A stretch of DNA of 64,000 nt from Eledone cirrhosa (Eukaryota), in NCBI GenBank assembly GCA_964016885.1, contig OZ024744.1, positions 37,324,001-37,388,000 of the forward strand. Reading direction: 5' to 3'. The notes under the pieces are model-generated. The model searched no databases, was not told where the DNA came from, and worked only from the letters and a program-made list of their open reading frames with translations. A program made the translations under genes and the position numbers. Below are positions 27,901 to 40,882 of this stretch, piece after piece; position 1 is the first letter of the stretch; each line of letters starts with the position of its first letter.

Positions 27901-28715
27901 TGAATAGGCGACCCTTTTAAAAAATGGGCAGCCTACGCTATTTCTATTTACTTTCCTAATGAAAATCCTATCTATATACGATCTAGATGACCCCATGCGG
28001 TTGGTCCATGTCCACAGTGGCGCATTGGGGAAATCTAGTCGATACCTGTCAGACAGTTGGAACTGGCTGATTAGGTGCTTGGGGATTTTGAGACGTACCC
28101 AGAAAGGTCTCCAGGTGCCTAAAGATGTCCGGTCGCCCGGCCCCAGTAGGATCGTAGACGGCCAGCAGTCTAAAGGCACCACCTTCGCTACTGCTCACAT
28201 CCAAGACCACCAACTTACCGTCCGGGTCCCGGAAAATCGACGTTACCTCGAGATCCAGTCCTTTCCTAAACAGCACTTCCACCTATCTCCCATTCACGGA
28301 CTGCTAACAGATGCGAAGATCTGATAGTCGTCGAAATGGAGGCTAGTGCGCGCGTGTCGGAAATTCTCGCTGACGGCAATCACATTCATTTCCAGAGACC
28401 TGAGGTCGTTGAGCAGGCGACCCTGCTTCCAAGGTGACCCCAGGCCACGAGCATTTAAACTTCCTACTCTTAATATGGCCATGTTGGCAAGCTAAAAGAG
28501 AGAGGGGAGGTTTACTTACCTCCCCGGGTCTTGTGAATGTAGGGTGGTTCGACCTCCATGGTTGCTGGGGTTTCTTTCGGGAACCCCTTTAAAAGTCTCG
28601 ATGTGGGTTTCACATTCGGGGTTCCCACGTCTTGAGTAAAGTTCTACCGAATTTCTTTGAAGGAATCGAGCGACATTCGTACCAGAAGCAAATCTTTTGG
28701 CACGCAAAATGTACT
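24921..28715 (-). mobile_element. Tx1/L1-type LINE with complete but decayed ORF2 and ORF1 remnant
   Basis: APE start MAILRVGSLNARGL (28482), SDH, KSPGFDG, FRPITLLN, YADD, zf-RVT; many frameshifts; AATAAA and (ATT)n tail. Confidence 0.92.
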
Positions 28716-28767
28716 CATTTCAAAGATATCCCCCCTCTGTTTGAATAATAATAACTACAATAATAAC

Positions 28768-28889
28768 AATAATTGTTTCTACGTTAGGCACAAGGCCAGC
28801 AATTAACCAGTGCATTACTGGTACTTTATTTTATCGACCCCGTAAGGATGAAAGGCAAAGTTAACCTCAGCGGTATTTGAACTCAGAAT
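28768..28889 (-). mobile_element. SINE family B, 5'-truncated
   Basis: Same core and tail as 60749-60960. Confidence 0.75.
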
Positions 28890-29568
28890 GGCAATAATGG
28901 CAATACAAACAATAATAATGTATATTTCCAAATCACATGCAGTTAAAGAAGCGTATTTAGAGATAAACAGATAATCATTACGGAATGTATGTCAACTACA
29001 GATGCAGAAACCGCGTTAACATTTAGCGATTTAGACTTTTAAGACAAAAGAGTTAACTACTTGACAGATAAACAACAGCCTCTACTATAGAGAGCGTTAT
29101 AAATTGCTAACGGCCATTGACGTAAAGAGTTGTTCGAGTTAAAATTGTGACTTCCACAAACATTAAGATCCTTTAGTTGCTGCTGTGGTTGATGATAAGA
29201 TGATGATGATGTTGCTTGTTTTCTTGTTGTTTTTGTCTTGTTTCTACAGTCTTTGTTGTTGCTGTTGCTGCTGCCGATGCTGCGGCTTTTATTGATTAGC
29301 CATCGGTCAATTTTGATTGAGTAGACCTATAATGAATGTCACCATCACTTCCTCTTTTTCACTGTCCCGAATTACAATATGTAATGTATGCTGTCTTGTT
29401 TATTTTTTAAATGTTTATTTTGTGTTCTTTTTTTTTAACTCGGCAGTATGTAATTTAAGGAAGATTTGGGTGATATATCTAGCGGGTTCAGTAACCACGT
29501 AAAAGCCACCCTATATGGCTGGAATATATTACTATCTCTCTCCCACTCTCTCTATCTCTCGCTCCCCC

Positions 29569-29668
<100 letters not shown>

Positions 29669-29773
29669 ACATATATATACACATATATATACCACCCCCA
29701 CTATCAAGCGTGAACCTAATACCAACACTGTTCGTACTGCACTCTTTGTTATTGATTTTGTTTTTTACTTTAC

Positions 29774-29876
<103 letters not shown>

Positions 29877-30149
29877 GCAGAGGTTATATTTAATTCGTTG
29901 GGATTCAACAAGCTTAAACATTTTTATAACTGATATAAAGCACTCAACAAGTTAGTGGAGTAAATATAGCGAACCTCAACCGGTAAGGTTGTCTTTATGC
30001 GGGTATGTCAATATTTATAAAACAAATTTGTATTTTATCTGATGAAAGCGCACCAAAATTTGCCTTGCTTGCCCTTGAAATATATATAGTAAAATAATTA
30101 TGGTTTTATAAATATAGGTTCCATTTATTAATATATTGTATATATATAT

Positions 30150-30220
<71 letters not shown>

Positions 30221-30360
30221 GGGCCTGCCGTCGAAGAAACAAGACCACGCGGTCGGCCAGCTCCCTGTATCATGAAAGGAAAATTTTTTCGGGGAAATTA
30301 TTGGATTTTTCCAAATTTAAATGTTTCCCTATGAAATTTCAATGTTTCTTTTAGGTTTTG

Positions 30361-30418
30361 TCGTCTGAAGACATCAGGCTATCATAACTAATAGCCCTAA
30401 GTGAAATATGTATAATGG
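30361..30418 (+). ncRNA. Degenerate hammerhead in a PLE-terminus remnant
   Basis: TCGT-CTGAAGA..GGCTAT/ATAGCC..GAAA-TATGTATA-ATGG, AATAAA downstream; base of P2 unpaired. Confidence 0.4.
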
Positions 30419-30539
30419 AGCTTCAAATAAATCCCAATCAACTGAATATTGCCTCCGATCTTTTGTTAATATATACATTTATATCTTATTCTGCATGTGA
30501 AAGACCGAACCTTTGGTACCACACAGTGACGTCCTATTT

Positions 30540-30960
30540 CGGGGGTTGGTCCAGCTCTCAATGCCATAGTTTGGTGCTTGTCCCTCCAGGAATTCCATGG
30601 TCGACCTTGTCAAAGACCTTCGCAAATCAAGATATATCACGTCCACATGTGAGCCGTCTACCAGTTGTTTCAGTACCCAGTCATAGTGTTGTAACAGCTG
30701 TGTAAGGCAGCTTCTTGGAGATGAGTGTTGGGAATCCATCAGGTCCAGCTGAGTTTGTTCTAATTTCGTTTATGGCGGATATCACAACTTCCTACGTTAT
30801 GTCCACGTGGTTGATGGTCACCATTTCTTCGTGGAGTGTTGTGGCATCAAAGATATCCTCTGGCTTTGTTATTTGCGTGTGTCTCAATTGGGGTGTGAAC
30901 ACACATTTGTACTGTTCATTCAATATAAGGTTCTTTTGGTCAAAAATACGGTGAAAGCTT
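30540..30960 (-). mobile_element. CR1/L2-type LINE RT fragment
   Basis: SAGPDGFP, RSCLTQLL, VDVIYLD and (frameshifted) KVFDKVDH motifs. Confidence 0.7.
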
Positions 30961-31063
30961 CTATTTCTAATTTCAAAATATATTTATATATATATATATA
31001 TGCACATATATACCCAGGGAGTGTAACGTTAAGTTACTGTAGATTCACACAGGTGAGCACTCG

Positions 31064-31124
<61 letters not shown>

Positions 31125-31591
31125 AAAAAGGGATGAAATCGAAAATGCAACTGAAGTCTTATTCTTTTAAAAATATATATATTTATTTGACAAATAACAA
31201 AAAAAGTAACAAAACGTCCAACATACCCCCAGCAAAACTATAACGATAATCCCAGAAACCATAGACAAAACTATAACCCTACTAACAAAAACCAAAGATC
31301 CCCGAACACAAGGCAGGACCTGATCCGCAGATCACAACCCACACAAAACCTATTCCAAAACCGTAGACCCCTGCCCACACAGAGCCTGTTCCAAAACCAT
31401 AGATCCCAACCCACACAAAGGAACCAAATCTACAACCCGGACTATCAACAAACCGAACCTCAATACGTCCGAAACTTCTATACAAGACCACACAACAACA
31501 GGGGAAATACCATTAGATATAATAATACCAATGAAAAAACATTCCAGAAAAATCATTTTTTAGACCAAGGCTACAGGACTCACGACACCCG

Positions 31592-33862
31592 GTGGCACAA
31601 ACCGATTTTGAAAAACCGAAAATAATTAACATTTCAAATACAAACCTCTCAGTCCAACAAGTAAAAATTCTCTCCAAAGGTCTGAAATTCACACCAACAC
31701 CACAATATCCTAACCCCAACGAGATAAATGACGATATCTCACACTTCTGTAGAAAATTACGTCTCACAGAGGAATTCTTTGACAAGGAGAATAACGACGA
31801 ATCAATTGTACGGAATAAAAGCAGCTACAACCCAACAAAAGGTAGAAACAGAGTTCTGGACAAATTTTGTGACCACATAGCTACCTTCCCATACCATGAA
31901 CTACCGCAACCTAAACCCAAACCCAACACAAGTCGAAGGGAATGGGAGATTATCCATGAACTAAAAAACAATCCGGACATTGTAATTAAGGAAGCGGACA
32001 AGGGAAGTACTGTTGTCATTATGGAGGCTGAAAAATATAAAAATTCTATGTTCTCTCTCTTACAAAATGCTAATTACTATGAAAGAGTAAAAAACTACCA
32101 GCAATCAAAAATAATGACCAAATTAAACACACTGATTTATCGATACCAGGAAGACCTAACTAAAAAGGAACGCGATTATTTAACACATTTTGAATACAAA
32201 ACCAGCAACCTTTACGGACTTCCGAAGATCCACAAATGTAAAATAATCAACGATGCCTGTAAACAATCCACCTCAGCCTGCGTGAACACACAATACCCCA
32301 CAGACCTTAAATTAAGACCAATTGTAGCGGGCCCACAATGTGAAACACACAGATTGAGCAACTTTATAGACATACTACTGAAACCAATACTGAAACACAT
32401 ACCAAGCCTTGTAAGAGACGATCTGGACCTCTTAAACCACCTCCCCAAACATGTCAACAACGACACTATTATTGTGTCTTTCGATGTAGTGAATCTCTAC
32501 ACAACGATCCCACACCAATACGGACTAGAAGCAATAGGATTCTGGCTAGAGAAATATCCCAATGAGATACCTGACAGAATAGAAAAAAGCTTCATCACCG
32601 AGGGATTAAAATTCATCCTACAGAACAACTTTTTTGATTTCGATGGCAATACTTACAAGCAAATATCGGGGACTGCGATGGGCACAAAAGCCGCTCCAAC
32701 TTATGCCAACTTAGTCATGGCATACTTAGAAGTCCAGATATATGAACAGTCCAAATCAAAATACGGATTGAACTTCCACAAATATTTATCAGAGAATTGG
32801 AAACGCTACTTGGATGATTGCCTCATTCTTTGGTCCCACACACTCGACCAACTGAAGGATTTCAAAAACTTAATAAACGGCATCAATAACCACATCCAAT
32901 TCACAATGGAATACAGCCAAGATCAACTCCCATTTCTGGACATCTTAATCACAAAAAAAGACACAAATATCGAAACTGACATACACTACAAACCAACAGA
33001 TTCCAAACAATATCTGCTATTCACCTCCAACCATCCAAAGCACACGAAGACGAACATTCCTTTTAACCTAGCAAGAAGAATTTGCACAATTGTCTCCAAT
33101 TATGAAACGCGAAATAAAAGACTTCAAGAATTAAAGGAAATTCTACTTGAGAGAGAGTACCCACTATTACTAATAAATAATGGAATAGAAAGGGCTAAGG
33201 CAATAGGCATTGATGAATTACGGAAACAGAAACAAATTCAAGGTACGTCCAATATTCTATCATATATCTCAACACACAACCCAAGAAATGCGGAAGCTTA
33301 CAACACTATTCACAATAACATCCCACTACTAAAACAAAACCCAAGAATGAAAAAAGCCCTTGAAACACACAAAATAATCAAAAGCAAAAGACAACCAAAA
33401 TCACTGAAAACATTACTCACCAATGCCAAATTACCTACCACAAACCCACAACCAAGTATCAAAAAATGTGGTCGCTCTAATTGTGGAACCTGCATTCACC
33501 TCATTGAAGGCAACACGTATACATTTAAATCAGGACAAAATTTTACTGTAAAAAATCACTTCACTTGCTCATCAAAAAATCTACTTTATGCCATTAAATG
33601 TAAAGGATGCAATGAAGATTATATAGGACAAACTAAACTCACACTCAGAAACAGAATGACAGTTCATCGCCAACAATTACGAGATCCAACCACGAGACAA
33701 ATACCACTAAGTGCACATCTAGACATTTGCGCAAGTAATAAGACACCCAAATTCCAAGTCTTCCCATTTTACCTTTGCGCTAACAATACAACAGAACAAA
33801 TGCGAATAAATAAGGAAAATATGTTTATTCAAAAATATAGACCAACATTAAATAAGGTTTAA
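31592..33862 (+). CDS. PLE reverse transcriptase + GIY-YIG endonuclease (true N-terminus uncertain; in-frame TAG at 31514)
   Basis: EADKG, YGLPKIHK, SFDVVNLYT, GTAMGT..AP.YANL, RYLDD, Cys linker CGRSNCGTC, LLY..C..C...YIGQT, R...H. Confidence 0.93.
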   Translation: MAQTDFEKPKIINISNTNLSVQQVKILSKGLKFTPTPQYPNPNEINDDISHFCRKLRLTEEFFDKENNDESIVRNKSSYNPTKGRNRVLDKFCDHIATFPYHELPQPKPKPNTSRREWEIIHELKNNPDIVIKEADKGSTVVIMEAEKYKNSMFSLLQNANYYERVKNYQQSKIMTKLNTLIYRYQEDLTKKERDYLTHFEYKTSNLYGLPKIHKCKIINDACKQSTSACVNTQYPTDLKLRPIVAGPQCETHRLSNFIDILLKPILKHIPSLVRDDLDLLNHLPKHVNNDTIIVSFDVVNLYTTIPHQYGLEAIGFWLEKYPNEIPDRIEKSFITEGLKFILQNNFFDFDGNTYKQISGTAMGTKAAPTYANLVMAYLEVQIYEQSKSKYGLNFHKYLSENWKRYLDDCLILWSHTLDQLKDFKNLINGINNHIQFTMEYSQDQLPFLDILITKKDTNIETDIHYKPTDSKQYLLFTSNHPKHTKTNIPFNLARRICTIVSNYETRNKRLQELKEILLEREYPLLLINNGIERAKAIGIDELRKQKQIQGTSNILSYISTHNPRNAEAYNTIHNNIPLLKQNPRMKKALETHKIIKSKRQPKSLKTLLTNAKLPTTNPQPSIKKCGRSNCGTCIHLIEGNTYTFKSGQNFTVKNHFTCSSKNLLYAIKCKGCNEDYIGQTKLTLRNRMTVHRQQLRDPTTRQIPLSAHLDICASNKTPKFQVFPFYLCANNTTEQMRINKENMFIQKYRPTLNKV

Positions 33863-34906
33863 TATACATTATGTCAACACCACAATATGACATACACACA
33901 CACACACATAACACCTACTTTAGAAAATAAAAACCCGAACTAAATAAACCTTAAACATACGTTTGCACTGGCAATACAACAGCAAACACGAAAAAGTCAG
34001 GAAAATATGTTCATTCAAAAATATTCCTACTAAAGGAATCATTTTCCTACACACACACATACACACACACAATATATATATATATATATATATATTCTCT
34101 TCATCTTAACATGCTAACCATACTCCCACACACATAACACCTATACACACACATAAAAACCCCCACACCTACAACACCCTCCCCATTTCTACTAATAGAA
34201 CCACTTTCCTACACACATATATATATACACACACACAAAAAATATATATTCTCTCTATCTAACATACTCGCACACACACACATAACACCCATATACACAC
34301 ACACACAACTCCCTCCCCCATCTCTACTAATAGAATCATCTTCCAATACACACATACACACATACACACACACATATACACACACACAAGCACACAAATA
34401 AACACATATCTTCAGTCTCAATAGAAAATCTGAACTCTGACACCTGAACTCTGACAGCTGGCCATATTCACTGAACCAGAACATTTCTCCCAATCACTTT
34501 TCCCTTGACCACTATCTCTCCATTGTCATAACATTCACTATAGACTACAGAATAGTTTTCCAAATAAGGGCGCAAAAATGTAATGAAAACTTGTTCACGT
34601 GACAGCCAAATTTCATTTATAACCAACCAAAAAAAAAAGCCTTCGTGAGCCTCATTTTTTCAAGTAAAAAGAAATTCAAACACTCATATATGAAAAAACA
34701 ACCTGTGACAACCCCCCCCCCCCCCCTCTCTTATTTGAAGAACTATTGTAACGCGAACTGGCGCGAAATTTATTATAATTATTGACAAACCAATCAAATT
34801 ACTTCTCGAAAAACCTGGTTTTCGAGCCAGTTTTTCCATATAAAACAAGTAACATTTAGAGACCAACCAGATGTGAGAAAAACCACAGACCCTCCATCTC
34901 AACTCA

Positions 34907-34944
34907 CCTTTTGAAAAGCAGAAGAACTGCGAAACCGGTAAAGG
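34907..34944 (+). ncRNA. Minimal hammerhead, U3-A8 variant
   Basis: CCTT-TTGAAAA-GCAG/CTGC-GAAA-CCGG-TA-AAGG; palindromic P3 ACCGGT; located in the PLE 3' terminus. Confidence 0.8.
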
Positions 34945-35074
34945 AACCAAATAAATATATATATTTTTAAAAGAATAAGACTTCAGTTGCATTTTCGATT
35001 TCATCCCTTTTTCTTTATACTTCCACTCGTGTAGGACACCTCGGTTATTTTTCATTTTGTAAAAAAAACCTCAC

Positions 35075-35162
<88 letters not shown>

Positions 35163-35170
35163 GAGAGAGA

Positions 35171-35238
<68 letters not shown>

Positions 35239-35610
35239 CACAACTTGTCATTCACTTCTATTCGTAAATCGAAATACAGATAGATGGTTTATTCTTCACC
35301 AAGCGAACAGAATGAAACGAAACCATTTTTCAATTTACTATAATAGTAAATATTTTGTTTGTGTTAATTATGGAAGGATATGTGGGGAAAAATACTATTA
35401 TTTTCTCATTGAAATAAAACTGAACAGCCTGTTATTCTTATTAGTCTGTTTTCTGTAACGCTTTGTAAAAGAAATCCGAAATAATTACACTTGCCTTTCA
35501 TCGGTACTGGCAATTAGTGAATCGTTTCCCAAATTGATTTTCTTCCAATTCAAGTTATTAGCAGAGTTTACTATTGAAATAAGTCAATGAGTAGATTGTG
35601 GTCGTGTTTA

Positions 35611-35669
<59 letters not shown>

Positions 35670-35744
35670 CTGATGGTAGCTAAGATGCTTCCATAGGCGG
35701 TATGTTGATTGAGCACTCTATGCTCTTACAGGTAGCAGTGTATA

Positions 35745-35963
35745 ATAGAATAGAAAACGAGAAATCAGTGATGCATCTGAGCTAAATTTATTGTGTGTTA
35801 CAAACGTTTCCCCAGCGGACAGCTCGAGACGCGATCATTGTGTGGATCTGTCTGATTCTGGACCACACAATGATCGCGTCTCCAGCTGTCCACCGGAGAA
35901 ACATGTGTAATACACAATAAATTTAGTTCAGATGCATCACTGATTTTTCGTTTTTTATTCTAT
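35745..35963. repeat. ~100-bp-arm imperfect inverted repeat (inverted PLE terminus with HHR 3' half)
   Basis: Arms 35745-35845 and 35863-35963; GAAAC(G/A)T motif followed by AATAAA. Confidence 0.75.
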
Positions 35964-35975
35964 ATATATATATAT

Positions 35976-36980
35976 ATTGGCAGGGTCATGTTGCCAATAA
36001 GAAACACACGCAGCAGTTGCTTTCACTTCAATTTCTTATAAATTAAATTTATAAATTTAGGAATTTATAAATTTCCGGTTGGTTGGTTCCACAACCAGAC
36101 GATTGTTCATATATTGTCAAAGTTCTTTCGTCACACATTCAGTGACGTATTCAGTGACTGGGATTCTTTTCTTTGTTTTTGTGCCTTTCCTTTGTTCTGT
36201 CCTACGCCATCTTGTTTTTGTGTGTGTTGTGTGCTTAGTTTGCGCATGTGTTACATCCGGGTGTCTGTGTGTGTTTATATTTGTTTATTTATTTGTTCAT
36301 TTACATGTTACTGGTTGGTTGTTTGTTCTATGTGTGTGTGTTTTCATTTTGTTCTTAATTTTAAGTTGTGATGTTGCTGTTCCATTCATGTTTTCTATTT
36401 AATTTTGGTTGGAGTTCATTTATGTTTATTGCCTCTGTGATTTGTCTAAACATTGCGTCTTTTCTGTGTGTAGATTCTATTTTTATTTCTATGTTCTCTA
36501 ATTTCCCCTTATTTTCTATTTTAGCATGTTGGTAGAGTACAGATGATTCTTTACTATCTTGAAGGTCTCGCCAGTGTTCATTTAACCGTTCTCCTATACT
36601 ACGAGCTGTCTCACCTGTGTACACTATATTATTATCTCTACATTGTCCTTCAGTACATGTTATGCTATATACTACATTTCTAGATTTACAGTTAATATGG
36701 GGCTTAGTTTACAGATTATTCATTTCTTATCTATACAGGGCGGTCTTTGAAAAGGGTATGTATTGCTAATAAGTGTTGTTATGGAGGTACCTGGTCTTTC
36801 TACTATCTTAATATTGAGTTTATGTTTATCTAGGGCCCTTCTGAATTTGTAAGATAATTCACCTCTAGGAGTTGTATTGATGAACATTACACTCTGGTAT
36901 TTATTGCTATCATACCATGAGTTTATTCTTTTAACCTTATTCCTAGTTCTTTCTATTCTATTCCAAATTTTGCTCCTATA
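35976..36980 (-). mobile_element. PLE 3' fragment, Naiad-like GIY-YIG
   Basis: VMFINTTP, IVERPG, C-x4-(TGA)-x2-C, VVY..C....C, YTGETAR..R..EH, RQITEA..I...LNRKHEW; HHR at 36116-36158. Confidence 0.8.
36116..36158 (-). ncRNA. Degenerate minimal hammerhead
   Basis: GTCA-CTGAATA-C-GTCAC/GTGAC-GAAA-GAAC-TT-TGAC; G8 mutated. Confidence 0.55.
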
Positions 36981-36984
36981 CATG

Positions 36985-37640
36985 TCCAGTTGATGGATCC
37001 GCAAGTAGGACCAGCCGAGTTTATGGGTGTTATCCAACCAACTTATTCGGGGACTAACAATACTCGGCAGCAAACCTCTTAAGTGCAAGTCGGAAGACAC
37101 ATTCAGACAAGTTAAATAGTACCGTGTCGTCCGTATATTCCAGCTGACTGATTCTACACATGCCATTCCTGATACCACTTCCAGACTGGCTGTGCATATT
37201 GTCAATCTTGTCCATGAAAATAATTGTTTCTACTTTTGGCACAAGGCCAGCAATTCTCCAGTGCATTACTGGTATTTTATTTTATCGAACCCGTAAGGAT
37301 GAAAGTCTAAGTTAACCTCGACGGGATTTGAACTCAGAACGAAAAGGGACGTAACTCTATGCTGCAAAGCATGGTGTCTGACTCTCTACCGATACTGCCA
37401 ATCCACCATGAAAATAATGAACAGGAGAGATGACATTATGTCTCCTTGGAAGAGCCCGACACAATTTGAATGATTTCGACTTAGCACCATTTATCCGAAC
37501 ACAAATCCTAGGACATTCGTATAGAGACATTAGGGCACAGGAATCTGTTGCAGAACCTCCCATAACCCGTGGAACGTGGTTATATGCCTTCCGATTGCCA
37601 TTTCTTAAAGGAGCAACCCTTGACATGTGGTAACTGGAAC
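36985..37640 (-). mobile_element. RTE-like LINE RT fragment interrupted by a SINE
   Basis: VRINGAKS..F, IFMDKI and LEYTDDTVL motifs. Confidence 0.6.
37212..37418 (-). mobile_element. SINE family B with 13-bp target-site duplication
   Basis: CCATGAAAATAAT at 37212-37224 and 37406-37418; A and B boxes. Confidence 0.85.
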
Positions 37641-38487
37641 GTTACAACCCTTACGTATATTTTTAAAGCATATTTTTATCCCCATTTCCCAACTCGCTGA
37701 TATATACACGTTTAAGAGTATACAAACCATGATAATACGCCATGTGTGTTTGCATGTCTATATACGCCTTCAAAATTGACATACATAAACATACAACCAT
37801 GCACACAGTGATTTCCTGCCTCAGTCATGTTGTTACAGTAGGAAAACCTCTTTCCATCCACAAGGTCCAGGATTTTCACCATAAATTTCTCCTTGTTAAT
37901 AGTTGTTTCGCCAACCTTGTTTATATATTTACGTAATCTTATACTGACAGAGTGAGCAAACGTAAATATAACGATGATCCTCATCATTGTGATCAAGGTG
38001 AACATTGATCATATCCAAGATAGTATAGGATTAAAATATTGTTCCTATATTTAATTATTTGCACTTGTCAATATATCAACATAAAGTAAAATGTTTCTAT
38101 TATGAAACCACAATTTTATTAAATGAAAATTTTCCCGCTTATTTGTTTGTTCATGTATCCACTAATCTCGATATATAAGACATACCAATCCTGGACAGGA
38201 AAAATCAAATACGCTCAATGCTATCGTCATCGTTATTGACGGCACAAGTCTACTTTTATATGAGCAAAACACATATCCAGATAAATAAATATATACAAAA
38301 CCTAGACAGAAATAAAAAACCAAACGACACAGTACAAAGAAGAGATTTATTAGGTCATATATATATAAAGGGAAAAATGAAATTTCCTTTCTCACTCCTA
38401 GTACTGGTGATACTTAAATATAAGTATTATATGTACATACATATATGTATACAGACGTACAGTAGTATGTATATATATACATACATG

Positions 38488-38541
<54 letters not shown>

Positions 38542-38603
38542 TATGGGTTTACCGAACATTTATTATAATGTTCTGTATACATATATGTATGTACGTATAC
38601 ATA

Positions 38604-38662
<59 letters not shown>

Positions 38663-38667
<5 letters not shown>

Positions 38668-38818
38668 AACGAGTGGGACCCCAACGGCTGAGCTCAAGCC
38701 GTTTCGACGGCTAATTCTGAGTCGGGGTCCTACTCGTTCCTATTACCCACTCTACTACCCTAAGTATTGAGTACTTTGGTGCGTTATGGTCCACCTGGTT
38801 CCTTACCACATTTCCTCC

Positions 38819-38820
<2 letters not shown>
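38663..38820 (+). mobile_element. Short PLE terminus (family of 47815-48200) with inverted 5' piece
   Basis: Shared CCTATTACCCACTCTACTACCCTAAG..GGTCCACCTGGTTCCTTACCAC tail; also at 45372-45568, 47037-47090 and 58925-59062. Confidence 0.75.
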
Positions 38821-38902
<82 letters not shown>

Positions 38903-39192
38903 TATGTATACGTGTGTTTCTTATTTGCAACATGACCCTCCCAAAGTATAACAATATCGGTTTCAACACACGTTTTCAGATAAAGAATCTCGCTAAACAA
39001 ATTCAGAAACGAACGTGGTCCTGTCTTTGCGTATAATTGTTTTTCACCGCTCCTATTAATGACGTATTATATTCGTTTTTTCCCGTTCTTTGCAAGGGAA
39101 CGTTTCCACGAACCAAAGTATCGTCTTCCTGTCTTCCTCGGTTGCAACGTTTTTTGAAATATCCACTTCTGTGTTTACAGATTGACTTTGTT

Positions 39193-39243
39193 AGTTTCAG
39201 AAGATCCCGTTAAGGGTGAAAGCAGCGATTCTTTGCTTAAACT
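39193..39243 (+). ncRNA. Type I hammerhead (U4 changed to A) inside a unit with 60-bp inverted repeats (38951-39012 / 39279-39342)
   Basis: AGTTT-CAGAAGA-CCC/GGG-GAAA-GCA/TGC-TT-AAACT; the 3' half recurs at 3238-3290. Confidence 0.6.
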
Positions 39244-39398
39244 TTAATCTGTTATTTTAATAAATATATATATACATATTTCGTTTCTGAATTTGTTTAG
39301 CAAGATTCTTTATCTGAAAACGTGTGTTGAAATCGATATTGGAGTGAAAGCGACTGGTGGGTGTGTTTCTTATTGGCAACATGACCCTCCCAAATTAT

Positions 39399-39444
<46 letters not shown>

Positions 39445-39511
39445 ATGACCGCAATCTACTCATTGACGTATTTCAATAGTAAACTCTGCTAATAACTTGA
39501 ATTGGAAGAAA

Positions 39512-39619
<108 letters not shown>

Positions 39620-39738
39620 TGTATGTATGTATGTATGTATGTATGTATGTATGTATGTATGTATGTATGTATGTATGCAATAAGCAAACAGAAGTAATAA
39701 TATATTATTAGTTTTATGTTTAATATAGTATGAACAAA

Positions 39739-39774
39739 TCTTAACGTTTCGGGTGCTATTCCTTCATCAGAAAA
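39739..39774 (-). ncRNA. Degenerate minimal hammerhead
   Basis: TTTT-CTGATGA-AGG..CCC-GAAACGTT-AAGA. Confidence 0.5.
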
Positions 39775-40680
39775 TTGAATGAGAAATTAAATAAGCAATA
39801 GAAAGATAGATAAGAGTGCGCTGTGACATGGACGAAATAAACATTGTTTGAGGAAAAAAAATGCTGGTTTATTCAATTCAGTATATGAAGTTTAGTTACT
39901 TGTGTTTTTAAAGGTTGTTATCGAAAACATCTATATCGTGCTGAAAAGGGAAAAAAAACTTCATATATATAAATCCTTTATATATATATATATAAATGTT
40001 TTTAATTAAACATACGGTATACTGCCAAATATACTATACATACATTCATATATATATATGTAAATTATGTAAATTATGTAATATGGAATTATTTTGTATT
40101 ATGAAATCCCAAAACATTTTATTAAATAACAGAATAGAGCGATCGTTATACTGTAACCATCGCTTAAAATCTACATTTTCAAATACTACCAGGATTGAAC
40201 GCCTGTCTCCATCTCCGTTTGATTGTCAAAATACATATTAACATCTATTAGTCTTAATTCTATCAACTCTTCTATTATTTACCATTTAATATAAACTGCT
40301 CTAGATAAAATGAGATTTCTGATTTCTTAATTCAATTCCCTAATGCATATACCAGCTGGCTACTAGCATTAATGTTATTCAGTAGCAGTCGAAATCTCCC
40401 CCTTCCTCAATTGACACTTTATAATTAATACTACTACACCAAATGACCAGCCCTGTCCACTATTCAATTGGTCAAGTATAGATTAAAATAGGCACTCCCA
40501 AAAATTCTTATTTAGATAAAATAAACTATTTACTCATTGTATTCTCATTAGAAACCCTTTATATACTTGTTTAGCTGTAAATTAGATTACCATCTGTCAT
40601 ATACTCTCCCCTCTCTTCTTCCTCTATTACAACTAATATAAATACTTCAATTTTTCTGATTTTATCCAATTTATCCAAAA

Positions 40681-40796
40681 TCTCTGAAGAAGTGACAACT
40701 GATTATACATTTGCTATCGAATACTTGCTAACATTATATGATTACGCAAGCAGCGATACATAGGCATTCCGTCTGTTACAGAAACATATGTCAATA
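40681..40796 (+). ncRNA. Degenerate hammerhead with extended stem II
   Basis: CTGAAGA, GTGACA/TGTTAC, GAAA, palindromic ACATATGT, GUC, AATAAA; P1 mismatched. Confidence 0.5.
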
Positions 40797-40846
40797 CCTA
40801 ATAAATTCCTTTTTAAAAAAAGCACTTTCATTTTATATTCATCTTT

Positions 40847-40879
<33 letters not shown>

Positions 40880-40882
<3 letters not shown>

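Larger units (their letters stand above)
31121..35082 (+). mobile_element. Penelope-like element (Neptune-type) with inverted 5' pLTR piece
   Basis: 31121-31189 is the reverse complement of 34948-35017; RT + GIY-YIG ORF; HHR in the 3' terminus; (TA)n flanks. Confidence 0.93.

Noticed and set aside
13969-28324. Antisense ORFs overlapping LINE coding regions
   Set aside because: Shadow frames of the retrotransposon ORFs, with no independent motifs.
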